This document shows, piece by piece, positions 55,405 to 64,000 of a stretch of 64,000 nt of DNA. The translations under genes were made by a program, and so were the position numbers. Location of the stretch: positions 1-64,000 of IMG/VR virus record IMGVR_UViG_3300044617_002200; one strand, 5' to 3'. Each line of letters begins with the position of its first letter. The first letter of the stretch is position 1. The stretch is from a virus. Under the pieces are notes generated by a model. The model saw only the letters and a list, made by a program, of their open reading frames with translations. It was not told the origin of the DNA and searched no databases.

Positions 55405-58206
55405 TTATAATGCCAACGCCATCGCGGTTGATATATTTGTTATATTGTTTGTTATATATGTTACACTTTCTACATTTTTATTTGTCCATAAATTGTTTTC
55501 AAAAACTAAAATCTGGCCAGATTGAGGATTAACAATTTTTACATCATGAAGTTCATCTATTTCATACCCATTTTGCACTTTAACGTACATAATGCCATTA
55601 TTACCATTACTTGGTCTTTCTACTACACCAAGAAATACAGCATGTTGCGGAGCTTGTGGTTTTGTTTTTGTAAGAGTACCATCTCCAGAACCTAACCAAA
55701 CCATATCGCCAGTATCAAATCCGGTTAATATACTTAAATTTTGCAGTTGTCCGTTAGTAAGAATATATCCATCAGCGCCACTAGCGATAGATTGTGCAGC
55801 CAAACCGAAAGTTCTTGCTGATGTTCCTTCACTGAGATTATTTGCTTTTTTAACTGTTGCTCTATCACCTTGCGCACCAGCAATATAAACAGTTTCTCCT
55901 TTAGTTAAATTTGCTCCGTTGTTTCTTACATAAGCAACCGTAGAAAAACCAAGAGGCACGCGAACATCACTATTCGGTAGTGAACTAGTTAGCACTCCAG
56001 TTATATCTTGGTCTCCTGATTTAGAAAGAGCATTGATATCATTTGGAGTAATATTTATATTAGCTTGTTTTACTAATGAATTAAAAGTATAACCTCCTAA
56101 AACTGAAACCCAGCCAGTAGCTAAATCCGGGGTCGCGACATCGCTAGAGGATCTAAAGAATAGAGTCTGAAAAGAACTGAGGCCTATTTCCCATCTAGAA
56201 GATGTAGAGTTCCACCCAATTTGGGTTGTGTTTGATAATCCATCTTTTGAATATAAAGGTCTTCCATTTCTAGTTCCTATTATTTTATAAATACCAGCAC
56301 CAGAGGACCAACTAATATTTAAAATTAAATTATCAGTATAATAATTCGAACCAATTGAAACAGCGTTAATGTCTTTAGGGTATATTGGATCGTTTCCACC
56401 AACAAAATGAGAATCTGCATGTCTTGTTACGGGTTCAATTAACCATTGATTTTCAAATCTTTCTCCGTAAATAAATCTAGCAGATTGATTAAAATAAAGC
56501 GTAGTAAGCAAACCTTGCTCAACATCGTACGCTGCGAAAGTAGGATATACGCGTAGTTCTCTATACAAATCATTGCTAAAATCAGAAGTCAAAGTGACCT
56601 CTACAAAAGAACCTTTTTCTAAATTTGTTTCTGGTAAAACTAAAAAAGAATGCCCTTCAACATTCATGAAGATATTAGCATAAGTATCTTTATTTTGAAT
56701 TTGAAAGACATCTCCGCTACCGAGGTTCGCTCCAGTATAAACGGGAGATAAAGCCACTCTATTATTACCAACAATTATTCTATTATTAAAAGTTTTTATT
56801 CCATTAATAGTTTGATTTCCAGTTATATAAACTAAATCTTGAGAATTTATTTCTGCAGGATTGATTTGAAAATAACTAGATCCGCCCCATCTATATGTTT
56901 TTGCGTCTCCGGTTGTTACATAAATTTTGCCAGCTTCTCCAGAAACCCCAGTAAGAGTGCTATAGTTTGGATATTCTATAACATCATCTACATAACTAGG
57001 TAATTGGCTAGAAGGAATTTTCCCATTTATTAATGATGCTGCATTAGAATCTCTAACAGGTACCTCTTTCTTCCATCGTAAATCTGATCCATTATATAAT
57101 AATCTATAAACTCTGCTTTCGTATTGATTTGTAAAATCATAATAATCCCAATTGTCTACAGTAGTACTATTATAATTTCTTATGTTAAAAGAAACCATAC
57201 CATTTATTTGAGTTCTTATTTCAATTCTATCTCCAAATCTAGCAGTACCACCTGAAAGTATATCTCTAGGCAATGCAATAACAGCTGATGCAAAGGCAAG
57301 CGATGCTGGACTATGATTAACTTCAACAATAGCATTTCTTCCAATATCTGGGCCATTAAAATTTTGGAGTGTAGATGTCAAGGATACTTCTTCATTAGGA
57401 GAAGTTAAGATAGCTGTTTTGTAATATACAGGTAAAGATTCAGATTCCCCAACAAGAGCTATCCCAGTATTATTAACTGTAGGTCTATTTAAAAAATTCC
57501 AATTATCATATAAGGTATGATTACCACTTTGTCTTAATTCAAAAACCGAGGGTTCACCAGGTGCATTTAAACGCTTTATAGTTAAATTTTGATCATAATT
57601 AGCCGAAGGATCTTGTATAACACCCCATAATCTTTTAAAACCACTAGAATCACCGCTAGCGCCGAAATCGATTCCAATTCTATTATGAGCGCCAGACGGA
57701 GAATAAAGTCTTAATGCTGTATCGTTTTTTATACAATTAATATTTCCATCTTTATCAATATAAAATGGAGTCGTGTCTGGATTATTAGAATCTTCAACCA
57801 GAAATACATGACCATTTCCGGTTGTTCTCTGCGTTAACCTTAATACAGGATCCGCAGACTCATTTTCAAATATAACAGAACCACCAGATACATGAAGCTT
57901 TGCTTTTGGATCTGATGTATTTACGCCAACATTTCCATTATCAGAAACAAAAAACGATATATTGCCCGTACCTATTTGTAAAGGATCTAGAAATGTTTTT
58001 ACCCCGCTAATGTTTTGATTACCCGTAGTATAAACGATTGTATTAGGTAATTGAATACCATTAGTAGAAGAAACCTCCCCGATTAATAAAACTCCAGTGC
58101 CATTTACTCTGGGTCTACTGGCGAAATCTTTAATCCCACTTATATTAGACTGGTCACCAGTTGTCGAAACAACTTGGTCTATATGGGCATGTATTTTTGT
58201 TGGCAT
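55405..58206 (-). CDS. Mosaic tail fibre protein
   Basis: V[YS].TG[ND]Q..I.G.K.F repeats, GNVGVNTSDP..KLHV, GKIPSSQLPSYVDDV, QNGYEIDELHDV. Confidence 0.8.
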   Translation of the reverse strand: MPTKIHAHIDQVVSTTGDQSNISGIKDFASRPRVNGTGVLLIGEVSSTNGIQLPNTIVYTTGNQNISGVKTFLDPLQIGTGNISFFVSDNGNVGVNTSDPKAKLHVSGGSVIFENESADPVLRLTQRTTGNGHVFLVEDSNNPDTTPFYIDKDGNINCIKNDTALRLYSPSGAHNRIGIDFGASGDSSGFKRLWGVIQDPSANYDQNLTIKRLNAPGEPSVFELRQSGNHTLYDNWNFLNRPTVNNTGIALVGESESLPVYYKTAILTSPNEEVSLTSTLQNFNGPDIGRNAIVEVNHSPASLAFASAVIALPRDILSGGTARFGDRIEIRTQINGMVSFNIRNYNSTTVDNWDYYDFTNQYESRVYRLLYNGSDLRWKKEVPVRDSNAASLINGKIPSSQLPSYVDDVIEYPNYSTLTGVSGEAGKIYVTTGDAKTYRWGGSSYFQINPAEINSQDLVYITGNQTINGIKTFNNRIIVGNNRVALSPVYTGANLGSGDVFQIQNKDTYANIFMNVEGHSFLVLPETNLEKGSFVEVTLTSDFSNDLYRELRVYPTFAAYDVEQGLLTTLYFNQSARFIYGERFENQWLIEPVTRHADSHFVGGNDPIYPKDINAVSIGSNYYTDNLILNISWSSGAGIYKIIGTRNGRPLYSKDGLSNTTQIGWNSTSSRWEIGLSSFQTLFFRSSSDVATPDLATGWVSVLGGYTFNSLVKQANINITPNDINALSKSGDQDITGVLTSSLPNSDVRVPLGFSTVAYVRNNGANLTKGETVYIAGAQGDRATVKKANNLSEGTSARTFGLAAQSIASGADGYILTNGQLQNLSILTGFDTGDMVWLGSGDGTLTKTKPQAPQHAVFLGVVERPSNGNNGIMYVKVQNGYEIDELHDVKIVNPQSGQILVFENNLWTNKNVESVTYITNNITNISTAMALAL

Positions 58207-58215
58207 AAAATGATA

Positions 58216-58476
58216 TTACACTATATTTATTTTATTTTCCCATGTTAAACGATTAGACTCTATTTGATTATCTAATTCACTTTCTTCTTCTATCCAATTT
58301 AACCTTTCACAAAATAAAAGATAATCATCTATCTTTTCAATTTCTTTTTGTTCTGGTTTATTGGATTCCTTGTTAAATTCGAATTCTTTGATTTTAAAAA
58401 CATGATCTTTTTCCCAGTAATTAACTCTTACTGTGTTGTCTATATATGCGTCTTTTGTAACAAAAACATTTTTCAT
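58216..58476 (-). CDS. Small fibre-associated protein
   Basis: 86-aa ORF; its final GTG-TAA doubles as the GTGTAA motif for the next gene. Confidence 0.65.
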   Translation of the reverse strand: MKNVFVTKDAYIDNTVRVNYWEKDHVFKIKEFEFNKESNKPEQKEIEKIDDYLLFCERLNWIEEESELDNQIESNRLTWENKINIV

Positions 58477-58481
58477 AAATT

Positions 58482-61052
58482 TTAAGCTGTTGGATCTGTT
58501 ACTACCAATTGATCAGTTGTGTTAAAGTAACTTAAACGAACCGTGTTATTAGAATTTGAGAAGATTCTAGTATTATAATTGTTATATACGTGAGTTGCTC
58601 CTGTAACATCACCTATACTATTATTATTTTCTATAGTATTTCTTCTAAAATTGTTTCCAACGGCGTTGTTGGTGAAGCTGCTTCCAACGGCGTTGTCGGT
58701 GAAGCTGCTTCCAATGGTGTTGGAGTTGAAGTAGTTTCCAATGGTGTTGTAGCTGAAGTTGTTTTCAACGGTGTTGTAGCTGAAGTTGTTTTCAATGGTG
58801 TTGGTGTAAAAGGACTCGTTTCCAATGGTGTTGGAGTTGAAGTAGTTTCCAATGGTGTTGGAGTAGAATAAGTTTCCAATGGTGTTGGAGTTGAAGTTGT
58901 TTCCAATGGTGTTGTAGTAGAAGCTGCTTCCAATGGTGTTGGATTGGAAGTCGACTCCAATGGTGTTGCGGTTGAAGTTGTTTCCGATGGTGTTGGAGAT
59001 GAAGTTGTTTCCAATGGTGTTATGTAAGAAGTAGTTTCCAACAGCGTTATTGGTGAAGTCTTTTCCAATATTATTATAATTAAAATCACTTCCTATTTTG
59101 TTTTCTAAAAAGAAAATATCTACAGAATTAAATATAAAAGGCCCGCTAGTGGTATTAAAATAAAAATTAGCGACTATATTATTACCGTAAAAACTGTTAC
59201 TGATAATATTAGAATAAAAAGCTTCTCCGATTGTATTGGTGGTAAAACCATTACCGATAACATTAGTATCAAAGCGATTACCAATCGAGTTTACCTGAAA
59301 ACCTTCTCCGATTGTATTGGAGTGAAAACCTTCTCCGATTGTATTGGAATAAAAATTATTACCAATAATAACATTTTGAAAACCGTTTTGTATTTTTATA
59401 TTATTGACGTTTTCGATATTTAATTGACTTTCTTGATCTAAAGATGTTACAAAAGTAGGTTGTTGAATTCTTGTTTGATACAAAGGAGGTAATGAAACTG
59501 ATATATTATTATTTGTTTTAAACGCAAGCTCACCGTCTTCCGTTATGTAAGTTGCAAAATAAGTTTGAGATTCATTAAACGGAGAAACCGGCAACCAGAA
59601 ATTAGTGTTTGTTAAATTATTATTTGTATTTGAATTAACCACAGAATAATAAAGCTTACCACTAACATCTTTTACGACATTATGTAAATTATATGTAGTA
59701 CCAGAATTGTATAAATTAACCGATGACATATCTGGACGGCAGCAGTTATTAGTTATATATCTCCAGTCCCAACCGATATCAATATTTTTCTTTGTATCAT
59801 TTCTTCTATAAATCCAACCCTTAAAATTGGGTATTGGTGTATTGATATTTCTTGTGCCCCAAGTATTTGAACTTGTTGCATCTATATCATAATACACAAT
59901 ATCTTCTGGGTGGAGTGTAGATTTCGCTTCAGTATGAATTCCACTCGCATTAACAGCTGTGACAACCAGTGGTTCTATTGCGCTACCAGTTAAAACAACA
60001 GTATTGTTTACAGATTGGTTCCACCATCTTAATTGGAAGTCATTGATAATGTAATTTTGCCCACTCTTTAATAGACCGCTATTTTTTAAATTTTTTAAAT
60101 CATTATAAGGTAATGAAATTGCAGATTGAATAGAAGAAATATCTACACCAGTTATAAATCCGCTAGGATTTGAAGCTGGGTATGCACCGATTTCTTGAGG
60201 AGTATGGAGGTGATTACCAGAAGCGACCGTGCCTGCAGTATCGCCTTTTCTTATAAATCTATCTTCAATAAAAGCACCCAGTGGAGTGTTTAAAAGAATT
60301 GGTATACCTCCACCAACATTAATAGGGAAAGTATTTAAAATTTCAGGACCTAGAGATTGAAAAAACGCATACCCCTCAAAAAAACCGCCATCCTCATTGT
60401 AAATGTTTGTTTGTATTCGAGGAATATCTTTAATTTTTAAATTATTTAAAGTATTATTATTCCCAGTTATTATTGAATGAGTTCTGATATAATTACTATT
60501 AAAACCAACTTTAGAAGGCGTTGGAGGAGAACCGCTAACAAAAAAACAACTTATATATGTCCCACTAGCAGGAACAATTGGGCTATTTGAAGCTGAAACC
60601 TCAAAATCTAAAGCAAATGTAGATCCTGGTAAAACAACTGCTGAACCGAGAGACTCAAAATTAAGAACATCTCCGGCTTCCCATCCTGTTCTGGGTATTT
60701 TTATTTTTGTGTTTCCGTTAGGAATACTTGACAAAATATACTTAGCGTATCTTTTAGGCTGTATTAAAAATTCATTATTTAAAAAATTGCTAGAATTTAT
60801 CTCGATATATTCATATTCGTGAGAATGTAATTTTTTAGCAGCACCAATATTCTCAGGATTAATTGGGTCTGTTCCACTTAAACTATGGACATAAGCATGA
60901 GAAGGTAAACTCCCAGAAGGTAAAACGCCGCTAATATCATTTAGCTTTAAATCAACATTTCCATTAATAGGTAATTTTCCGTTTACCGATAGTAATGCAG
61001 AATCAGGAACTGATGAATTTTCTATTGTCGAAATACCTATTTGATTAATCAT
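58482..61052 (-). CDS. Fibre/spike (receptor-binding) protein with 9-aa NTIGNxFxx repeats
   Basis: LSVNG, HxH motifs, GAYPASNPSGFITG; long C-terminal repeat array. Confidence 0.8.
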   Translation of the reverse strand: MINQIGISTIENSSVPDSALLSVNGKLPINGNVDLKLNDISGVLPSGSLPSHAYVHSLSGTDPINPENIGAAKKLHSHEYEYIEINSSNFLNNEFLIQPKRYAKYILSSIPNGNTKIKIPRTGWEAGDVLNFESLGSAVVLPGSTFALDFEVSASNSPIVPASGTYISCFFVSGSPPTPSKVGFNSNYIRTHSIITGNNNTLNNLKIKDIPRIQTNIYNEDGGFFEGYAFFQSLGPEILNTFPINVGGGIPILLNTPLGAFIEDRFIRKGDTAGTVASGNHLHTPQEIGAYPASNPSGFITGVDISSIQSAISLPYNDLKNLKNSGLLKSGQNYIINDFQLRWWNQSVNNTVVLTGSAIEPLVVTAVNASGIHTEAKSTLHPEDIVYYDIDATSSNTWGTRNINTPIPNFKGWIYRRNDTKKNIDIGWDWRYITNNCCRPDMSSVNLYNSGTTYNLHNVVKDVSGKLYYSVVNSNTNNNLTNTNFWLPVSPFNESQTYFATYITEDGELAFKTNNNISVSLPPLYQTRIQQPTFVTSLDQESQLNIENVNNIKIQNGFQNVIIGNNFYSNTIGEGFHSNTIGEGFQVNSIGNRFDTNVIGNGFTTNTIGEAFYSNIISNSFYGNNIVANFYFNTTSGPFIFNSVDIFFLENKIGSDFNYNNIGKDFTNNAVGNYFLHNTIGNNFISNTIGNNFNRNTIGVDFQSNTIGSSFYYNTIGNNFNSNTIGNLFYSNTIGNYFNSNTIGNESFYTNTIENNFSYNTVENNFSYNTIGNYFNSNTIGSSFTDNAVGSSFTNNAVGNNFRRNTIENNNSIGDVTGATHVYNNYNTRIFSNSNNTVRLSYFNTTDQLVVTDPTA
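58650..59070 (-). repeat. 27-bp coding tandem repeat, consensus AAC ACC ATT GGA AAC AAC TTC AAC TCC (~15 units)
   Basis: Read directly; C-ending codons unlike the rest of the window. Confidence 0.95.
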
Positions 61053-61058
61053 AACTTT

Positions 61059-61370
61059 TTAATTTTGATATGTTACTGCTGCCCAAAAATTGCCATTACC
61101 ACTTGCGACAGCCCTAATAATACCAAAAGGAGTAGTCATGTATGCTGGAGTCGCATATCCACTGGATAGGTTATTAAATCTATAAAAATCAATGAAATCT
61201 TTTTCAAAAAATGGACTTTGATATTGTAAAGTTATGTTTGCTGGAGAATTTCCGCTATAGAAAACTGAAAAAGCGGCGTCTCTTGCTCTAGAAATATTAA
61301 CATATTCGCCAGTAACAGGTCCGGATTGACCACTCAATAATAGATCCGGTTTAAATAAAAAACTATTCAT
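61059..61370 (-). CDS. Small beta-rich virion-associated protein
   Basis: 103 aa, [S/T]G-rich; preceded by GTGTAT. Confidence 0.65.
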   Translation of the reverse strand: MNSFLFKPDLLLSGQSGPVTGEYVNISRARDAAFSVFYSGNSPANITLQYQSPFFEKDFIDFYRFNNLSSGYATPAYMTTPFGIIRAVASGNGNFWAAVTYQN

Positions 61371-61379
61371 ACTATATTA

Positions 61380-61385
61380 ATACAC
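61380..61385 (-). promoter_or_regulatory. GTGTAT variant late promoter
   Basis: 9 nt upstream of ATG 61370. Confidence 0.55.
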
Positions 61386-61392
61386 TATAATT

Positions 61393-62280
61393 TTAATATT
61401 TAATATTATATTTTTGTATGTAAGTATTAATAGTAGACATAAATTTATACTTGTCACACACAAGGTGGCACATACCTGTACCAGTTATCGTATAGGGCAT
61501 TGTATAATGATTAATATTTTTTTCATTTTCATCTACTAGACTGTCCTCTGAATTAAAAGACGGAAGTAAAACAATTTTTTCTCCAATTTTTAAAGGTCTT
61601 TCGCACATTAATCTATAACATACCTGCTCTAAGCTAACTGGAAAATACGCAGTAAATGTTTTGTGGGAATCGACTATTCTCTGAAATTTATTACTTTCAA
61701 AAAAGAATTTATTTTGTTTTACATAATTCAAGATTATATTTGCATTATTTTTTAATACATTTAAATATTCTGGACAACTAGTTCCGAATACTCCGAAATT
61801 TCTCGATATAAAAATATCTTTTTCCATATTCATATTCGGTAAAAATCCTGTATTTTCGAACATATCTTGAACGAAATTTTTCATCACCTTATGTTTTACC
61901 CAAGGCTCATCGTTCAAAGTAAAAAATTTAGAATTTTCTACTTTTTTAAAGATTTCTTTGTGAAATAAAAAAAAGTCAAAATCTACATGAACAAAGGGTC
62001 TTTCATGGTTTTTTATAGCAATAAATTTTCCGCCACTCCAAAATGGGATAGGAATTAAAGATAAATCTGATAATGACATTATGCGGACTTCATCATAAGG
62101 AATATTTTTAAAAATATGAGAACTTAATTCATCCACATACAAAATAGTTTTATACCCCTGTCTTCTCATTAAAAAGTTACTAAACGCGGCTAATTTTTTT
62201 TGTGTTTCTAATTCTTCTTGTTGATTAAAATCCCACCTATCTTTTCTATCTACTGTCCACCAGCTATAAATTGCGTCCAT
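61393..62280 (-). CDS. GT-A-like nucleotide-sugar transferase (DUF6734-like)
   Basis: FW..GK......PFVHVDFDFFL, NFGVFG, LEQ. Confidence 0.6.
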   Translation of the reverse strand: MDAIYSWWTVDRKDRWDFNQQEELETQKKLAAFSNFLMRRQGYKTILYVDELSSHIFKNIPYDEVRIMSLSDLSLIPIPFWSGGKFIAIKNHERPFVHVDFDFFLFHKEIFKKVENSKFFTLNDEPWVKHKVMKNFVQDMFENTGFLPNMNMEKDIFISRNFGVFGTSCPEYLNVLKNNANIILNYVKQNKFFFESNKFQRIVDSHKTFTAYFPVSLEQVCYRLMCERPLKIGEKIVLLPSFNSEDSLVDENEKNINHYTMPYTITGTGMCHLVCDKYKFMSTINTYIQKYNIKY

Positions 62281-62283
62281 ATA

Positions 62284-63381
62284 TTATATTACAAATTCAA
62301 AAGTTAAAGATTTATGTAAAATTTCTCCATAATTAACGAATTCTTTTTTACAAAAATCTAATTTTTCGGGCCACTTTGGTTTTGGGCTGTCAATAACCCT
62401 GCCATCTGGATGCACATAGTATATATGCAATTTATATTTATTTTTATTTTTTAAAATTAATTTTAAGTCTTTAAAGGTGACTGTTACCGCCGTTGGTATT
62501 TTTGGACAGTCTTCAAAATTCAATTTAATATGGTTGTCTATAGGTATTATATTTTTTTCAGAATCTTCTATTAAGAATTTAAAAACGCGATATTTATCTA
62601 CATCTAAAATCATGTTGGGATGAATTTGGATTTCTATTTTGGAAAAATCGCATAAATACTTGATTAATTCATGATCAACTATATTAAATAAATAAGAAAT
62701 ATTTGGCGCGTTTATATATTTTCGCAACGATACGGGTTTGTCACCGCTTGCTTTTAATTCCGGATTTAAAAGATAACTATTTAGACTTGGATTAAAGCCA
62801 CCAATAGTATTATTGTCTATAGTATCTTTTAACGGTAAAAGAGTATTTATTATATGATCTATTTTTCGCCCATTAACAAAATATGTATACGTTCCCCAAG
62901 CATCGCCCTTTTGAAGAGTGTCTTTTGTTATTTTTTTTAAATTCGGCTGAACTTCTTCGTCCAAAAATTCGTAACACTTTTTACACCAAGTAAACATATG
63001 TAAAAAATCATAATCGGGAGGAAAAGATGGTATTAAATTTAAAAAGTTAGGGTGCAAGATACAATCATCCTCTATGACTAAGACATCTTCTTGTAAGTTA
63101 AGTCTTTTAATTTCATGTAATATTTTTAAATGACTCAACGCACATCCAAGAGTCCCCTTTAATTGTATCAATCCGTTGTCAAACCATTTTGGTCCTAGCC
63201 ATTTATTATAATCCATAGTAAAGTCTTCGCCATGAATCCCTAATATATGTAAATTTTCAACCTTATCAACTAAATTGGCTCGCTTTATTTCTTTGAATAA
63301 ATCCTTTAAACGTTTTTTGTAAGAATTTTTCCAAAAGACATTGACAGTACTAAAATATGGAGATACTATAAATATATGCAC
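62284..63381 (-). CDS. Glycosyltransferase family 25-like
   Basis: GTLGCALSHLKIL, VLVIEDD, WGTYTY. Confidence 0.8.
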   Translation of the reverse strand: MHIFIVSPYFSTVNVFWKNSYKKRLKDLFKEIKRANLVDKVENLHILGIHGEDFTMDYNKWLGPKWFDNGLIQLKGTLGCALSHLKILHEIKRLNLQEDVLVIEDDCILHPNFLNLIPSFPPDYDFLHMFTWCKKCYEFLDEEVQPNLKKITKDTLQKGDAWGTYTYFVNGRKIDHIINTLLPLKDTIDNNTIGGFNPSLNSYLLNPELKASGDKPVSLRKYINAPNISYLFNIVDHELIKYLCDFSKIEIQIHPNMILDVDKYRVFKFLIEDSEKNIIPIDNHIKLNFEDCPKIPTAVTVTFKDLKLILKNKNKYKLHIYYVHPDGRVIDSPKPKWPEKLDFCKKEFVNYGEILHKSLTFEFVI

Positions 63382-63387
63382 TTAATA

Positions 63388-63415
63388 ATTATATTGATTT
63401 TATTAAACAAGTCAA
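63388..63415 (-). promoter_or_regulatory. sigma70-like promoter TTGACT-16-TATAAT, probably leaderless
   Basis: -35 at 63410-63415, -10 at 63388-63393; GTG start 6 nt after the -10. Confidence 0.6.
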
Positions 63416-63434
63416 ATACAGATAATAAATAATT

Positions 63435-64000
63435 TTATGCGGTTATTGCTTTAGAGGCGCTGCCAATAAGGGTTGCATACGCTCTACGTTCATCATCATA
63501 TTGATTACCAGATCTGAACCAAGAATTTTTATTAGTTTTTATATTAACATTAACTCTAACTGCAATATTAGAAGAAGATTTACCTGCTTGGTTTGGGTTA
63601 ATGAAATCAAATTTATCCCCTATATAAATAGAATTTGGGTCTCGTCTCATGCAATAATATAGTTCAATATTATCAGATAAAGCTTCATAAGCGCCATCAT
63701 GAATACCCATGTTAGATTCTATATATATATTAGCTTGTCCGCCCGTCACGCCGGTATTTTCTAATATATTAGACCCATTAATTAAACTATCTGTAGCCGC
63801 CAGGAAGGGTTGTGGGAAACTAGCTGTATGTATCCTTGGCTCTAAGAGCAACTTACGATAAGAATTTCTAACTCTTACTCTTCTCGTTACCCCTCCAGCA
63901 AATGTCGCATCGACCAACCTAGTTTGATTCAATTTATCGTAGTTAGTTATATCTATCGTCTTACTTAAAGAGGTAAACGAGCCATCGGTTCTTGTAATAT
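63435..64000 (-). CDS. Hypothetical protein, 5' end beyond the window
   Basis: The frame stays open upstream of the called TTG at 63932 (ITRTDGSFTSLSKTIDITNYDK) to the window edge. Confidence 0.7.
   Translation of the reverse strand, partial: ITRTDGSFTSLSKTIDITNYDKLNQTRLVDATFAGGVTRRVRVRNSYRKLLLEPRIHTASFPQPFLAATDSLINGSNILENTGVTGGQANIYIESNMGIHDGAYEALSDNIELYYCMRRDPNSIYIGDKFDFINPNQAGKSSSNIAVRVNVNIKTNKNSWFRSGNQYDDERRAYATLIGSASKAITA

Noticed and set aside
58590-59089. Overlapping ORFs (TPLETTS repeats on minus, SNGVGVEVV on plus) as real genes or a frameshift product
   Set aside because: Explained by the 27-bp repeat lacking stops in other frames; no start context or slippery site was identified.
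1-64000. Stop-codon reassignment
   Set aside because: Standard-code ORFs tile the window densely, and TAA, TAG and TGA all end genes cleanly.
1-64000. tRNA, rRNA, integrase, transposase, reverse transcriptase or cas genes
   Set aside because: None recognised; intergenic gaps are mostly too short for RNA genes. A covariance-model search was not possible.

Overview
The whole window is a very AT-rich segment of a large tailed (siphovirus-like) bacteriophage genome in the standard genetic code, with most genes on the minus strand. Read right to left it holds: glycosyltransferases and mosaic tail-fibre genes (51.5-64 kb); a poly-Ser protein, PhoD, Hsp20, PhoH and a HEXXH protein (46.5-51.5 kb); a phage sigma factor, an ERCC4-type nuclease, terminase and portal (39.5-46.5 kb); a fibre gene and a lysis cassette (spanin, holin, M15 endolysin); prohead protease-scaffold, decoration protein, major capsid, neck, tail tube and chaperones; a 2795-aa tape measure protein; tail-tip proteins; and two tandem trypsin-like proteases, one of which the ORF track misses because it runs off the left edge. 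A GTGTA(A/T) motif sits about 9-31 nt upstream of some 16 starts and is probably the late promoter. Best leads: (1) the tape measure contains two module-A/cargo/module-B cassettes punctuated by nine IP[NA]F/VPNF motifs, one cargo being PD-(D/E)xK nuclease-like; (2) predicted surface virion proteins are strongly enriched in [S/T]-G dipeptides and poly-Ser, next to four glycosyltransferase-like genes, suggesting virion O-glycosylation; (3) a fibre gene has a 27-bp repeat block with an AAC-to-NNC, DGR-like variation signature; (4) a tail protein carries a circularly permuted, catalytically degenerate metallophosphoesterase. All family calls are by eye from motifs and gene order; no database search was run, and all counts are by hand.
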